A stretch of DNA of 64,000 nucleotides from Acidobacteriota bacterium (lineage in GTDB: Bacteria > Acidobacteriota > Thermoanaerobaculia > Multivoradales > Multivoraceae), in assembly GCA_003388555.1 (NCBI GenBank), contig QQVD01000018.1:1274-65273 (forward strand), given 5' to 3'. Position numbers and translations under genes: made by a program. The notes beneath the pieces are model-generated. The model saw only the letters and a program-made list of their open reading frames with translations. It was not told the DNA's origin and ran no database searches. The stretch's first letter is position 1. Each line of letters starts with the position of its first letter. Of the stretch, positions 61,551-64,000 are shown piece by piece.

Positions 61551-61789
61551 GTCCGCTCGCCACCCGATCCCCGATGCAGCGCTCTCGCTCCGCGTCACGA
61601 CGTTCGTCGGCCCTCGCGCCGACGATCGGCTGACACCCTCGCCCGAGCGATCGGGGACCAGGCCAACCGCGGTGCCCGACGTCGCCTCGACACCGGGCAC
61701 CACGCGGAGCGAACGGGTGAAACGACCGGCCGCCGCCATCCGCGGCACCGGGCCGTCACGGGCCGCCGCCCCTGACCAGCGGCGCCGCG

Positions 61790-62845
61790 CTAGTCGCCCA
61801 TCATCAGGTCACCGAGCCCGCCGAGGACCGACCCCTCACCCTTGCGCTTGCCGCCCGCCTGTGGCGCCGCGGCGTAGACGCGCGAGGCCAGACGGCTGAA
61901 CGGCAGCGACTGGATCCACACTGTACCCGGCCCGGTCAGGGTGGCGAAGAAGAGGCCCTCTCCACCGAACAGAGCGGTCTTGATCCCCGGCACCATCTGG
62001 ATGTCGTAGTTGACGCTGCGGTCGAATGCGACCAGGCAGCCGGTGTCGAGCCTGAGGGTCTCACCGGCACGGAGCTCGCGCTTGACGATCGTGCCGCCGG
62101 CGTGAACGAAGGCGAGGCCGTCACCCTCGAGCTTCTGCAGGATGAAGCCCTCGCCGCCGAAGAACCCCGCACCCAGCTTGCGCTGGAAGGCGATGCCGAC
62201 CGCCACCCCCTTGGCGGCACAGAGGAACGCGTCCTTCTGACAGAGCACCGTGCCACCGTGCGCCGGCAGATCGAGCGCGATGATCCGCCCCGGGTACGGC
62301 GACGCGAAGGCCACCTTCTGACGTCCTCCCGAGCTGTTGCCGAACACGGTCATGAACAGCGACTCGCCGGTCAGCACCCGCTTTCCGGCCGACATCAGCT
62401 TGCCCATGAAGCCGCCGCCCTCCGACTGCGACGAGCCGTCTCCGAAGATCGTCTTCATCTCGATGCCCGGGTCCATGTACATGAACGAGCCGGCTTCCGC
62501 GATGCAGGCCTCGGCAGGGTCGAGGGTGATCTCGACGAACTGCATCTCCTCGCCGAACACCTCGTACTCGATCTCGTCGGCAGCCTGTCCGGCCGGCCGC
62601 GGAGTCCCACCGCCACCCGAGGCGGTGGCGCCGGCCGCACTGACCGGCGGCGGCGAAGCCACCGAGCCTCCGGCGAGCGCCTGCTTGAACTTGGCATGGG
62701 TGTCGATCGGCGCCCAGTTGTCCATCCCCTGCCGGAAGACGTGCACGCCCCCGTCGAGCTCACCGGCGCGGATCCTCGAGACGACGTCGTCCTCGCTCCA
62801 CGGCCCCCGCTGTTCACCGTTCACCGCTACGTACCACTCGCTCAT
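61790..62845 (-). CDS. TIGR00266/DUF124 (AIM24-like) family protein with N-terminal GYF-like DUF4339 domain
   Basis: Trimmed to ATG 62845 ([48 protein letters not shown]…). C-terminal region matches the DUF124 pattern (…[25 protein letters not shown]…[25 protein letters not shown]…). Confidence 0.78.
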   Translation of the reverse strand: MSEWYVAVNGEQRGPWSEDDVVSRIRAGELDGGVHVFRQGMDNWAPIDTHAKFKQALAGGSVASPPPVSAAGATASGGGGTPRPAGQAADEIEYEVFGEEMQFVEITLDPAEACIAEAGSFMYMDPGIEMKTIFGDGSSQSEGGGFMGKLMSAGKRVLTGESLFMTVFGNSSGGRQKVAFASPYPGRIIALDLPAHGGTVLCQKDAFLCAAKGVAVGIAFQRKLGAGFFGGEGFILQKLEGDGLAFVHAGGTIVKRELRAGETLRLDTGCLVAFDRSVNYDIQMVPGIKTALFGGEGLFFATLTGPGTVWIQSLPFSRLASRVYAAAPQAGGKRKGEGSVLGGLGDLMMGD

Positions 62846-63105
62846 TCCGAATTCCCTCTCTGATCTCTGGTTGCACGAATCGTCGACGATGCCCGGAGTC
62901 GGGCCGTCGGGCCGCGAGCACCTCGCGGCAGCGCCCGGCGCCTCGGGTGGCGGGCGCCGCGCGGCGCAGCCCGTGACCGTCCCGTCACTACCGTCGCCCT
63001 GCGCTGTCGGTTCGGCGCGGGGCAGCGAACGACGGCCCGGTGCATCCGGTGCATCGTCCCTGCGCCGATTGTAGTGCCCACGCCTCTCTCCTGCCGCCGA
63101 GCCGT

Positions 63106-63939
63106 TCAGCGGTCGGCGACGAAGCGCACCTCGAAGAGCCGTGGCCAGTTCTTCCCGGTGATCAGGAAGGTGCCTCGGTCGGCGCGGTGGGCGATTCCGT
63201 TGAGCACCTCGGCCGCCGCCGCCTCGGCCTCGGACAGCAGGCCGGAGGCGTCGATCACCGCGGTCACCGTGCCGCTGTCGCGGTCGATGCGGACGATCTG
63301 GTCGGTCTCGAACACGTTGGCGAAGAGCGCCCCGTCCGCCCACTCCAGCTCGTTGAGATGGCTCTGTGGCGAGCCGCCCCGCCACACCGACACGGTGCGC
63401 AGGCGCTCGAACGTGCGCGGGTCGTGCGCGGTGAGCAGGTGGGTGCCGTTGCTGACCCACAGGACGTCGCCATCGAAGGCCAACCCCCATCCCTCGCCAA
63501 GCAGCTTCCACTCCGGCAGCGGCGCGAAGTCCTCGAGGCGGTAGCGGAGCACTCTGCCCGAACGCCAGGTCAGCTGGATCAGCTCGTCACCTACCCGGTC
63601 CAGACCCTCGGCGAAGAGATCCTCCGAGAGACCGATCCGTCGCTCCGGCGCAGCGCCGAGACGGTAGCGGACGAGTCCCGACCTCCCGTAGCCTCCGTGG
63701 CTCTCGAAGATCCATCCCTCGTGGATCAGCAGACCCTGGGTGTAGAGCGACGGATCGTGCGGGTATTCGGCGAGGACCTCCACCCTCAGCCGCTCCGGCT
63801 GGGGCCTGGGACGCCCGGTCGCCGGCTCGACCTGCGGCTGCACCGCCGCGCTCGGGGCCGACGCGGCGGAGCCTCCTTCGCACGCCGCTACAGCGAGGAG
63901 TACGGCCAGGATCTGCGCCAGTCGGGTCGGCACGCTCAC
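63106..63939 (-). CDS. Glutaminyl-peptide cyclotransferase (bacterial/plant-type glutamine cyclotransferase), lipoprotein
   Basis: GTG start 63939, signal/lipobox (LLAVAAC), QC beta-propeller motifs (…[31 protein letters not shown]…). Confidence 0.8.
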   Translation of the reverse strand: MSVPTRLAQILAVLLAVAACEGGSAASAPSAAVQPQVEPATGRPRPQPERLRVEVLAEYPHDPSLYTQGLLIHEGWIFESHGGYGRSGLVRYRLGAAPERRIGLSEDLFAEGLDRVGDELIQLTWRSGRVLRYRLEDFAPLPEWKLLGEGWGLAFDGDVLWVSNGTHLLTAHDPRTFERLRTVSVWRGGSPQSHLNELEWADGALFANVFETDQIVRIDRDSGTVTAVIDASGLLSEAEAAAAEVLNGIAHRADRGTFLITGKNWPRLFEVRFVADR

Positions 63940-64000
63940 CGCGACTCCTCGGGCGGAGACGGCCAGATCCAGGGGCTGCTCTCGACCCGGTTGCCGAGAG
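63936..64000 (-). CDS. 3' end of an unidentified upstream gene (runs off the window)
   Basis: Minus-strand stop TGA at 63938..63936 overlapping the downstream GTG start in a GTGA arrangement. Only about 20 codons visible. Confidence 0.3.
   Translation of the reverse strand, partial: LGNRVESSPWIWPSPPEESR

Overview
This is a 64 kb, roughly 70% GC, gene-dense stretch of chromosomal core sequence from a diderm (LPS-containing) bacterium. I found no integrase, transposase, CRISPR array or prophage signature.

Annotated genes, mostly on the minus strand:
- Tol-Pal segment tolQ-tolR-tolA-like-tolB, with tolB running off the 5' end of the window, plus a TrmH/SpoU-family RNA methyltransferase.
- metK, nhaA, a fused lptF-lptG permease, and parA-parB.
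- A bifunctional-nuclease-family gene, miaB and a lipoprotein gene.
- A PTS-Ntr/RpoN neighbourhood: ptsI, ptsH, a mannose-type EIIA, rapZ, hprK, rpoN, lptB and a fused LptC/LptA-like gene.
- recJ, priA, carD/cdnL, a TolC-like outer-membrane protein and pepA.
- purC, alr, dnaB, and a radical-SAM/SPASM gene followed by a 669-aa polytopic membrane protein.
- Five tRNAs (Leu-CAA, Leu-TAA, Cys-GCA, Gly-GCC, Gly-CCC), all with the CCA end encoded.
- yraN, cysS, def, a cNMP-binding protein, thiE, rluD, lspA, ald, a bactofilin, a DUF4339+TIGR00266-like protein and a glutaminyl cyclase.

Most unusual observations:
- A 925-aa ORF (53676..56450) with a FecR-like N-terminal domain after a signal/TM segment, a Trp/Tyr/Gly-rich block and a roughly 450-aa Arg/Ser/Pro-rich tail. 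A near-consensus sigma-54 promoter lies just upstream.
- A roughly 700 bp non-coding array of degenerate tandem repeats upstream of parAB, punctuated by perfect GC palindromes (ATGTCGGCCGGCCGACAT).
- A 679-aa unknown protein with motifs resembling a class III nucleotidyl cyclase catalytic domain.
- A radical-SAM/SPASM gene paired with a large membrane protein.
- Fused LptF-LptG and LptC-LptA-like proteins.
- An in-frame 9-bp x6 (GDW)n repeat in a divergent promoter/N-terminal region.

Because of the high GC, many long antisense shadow ORFs appear in the six-frame track and were rejected.
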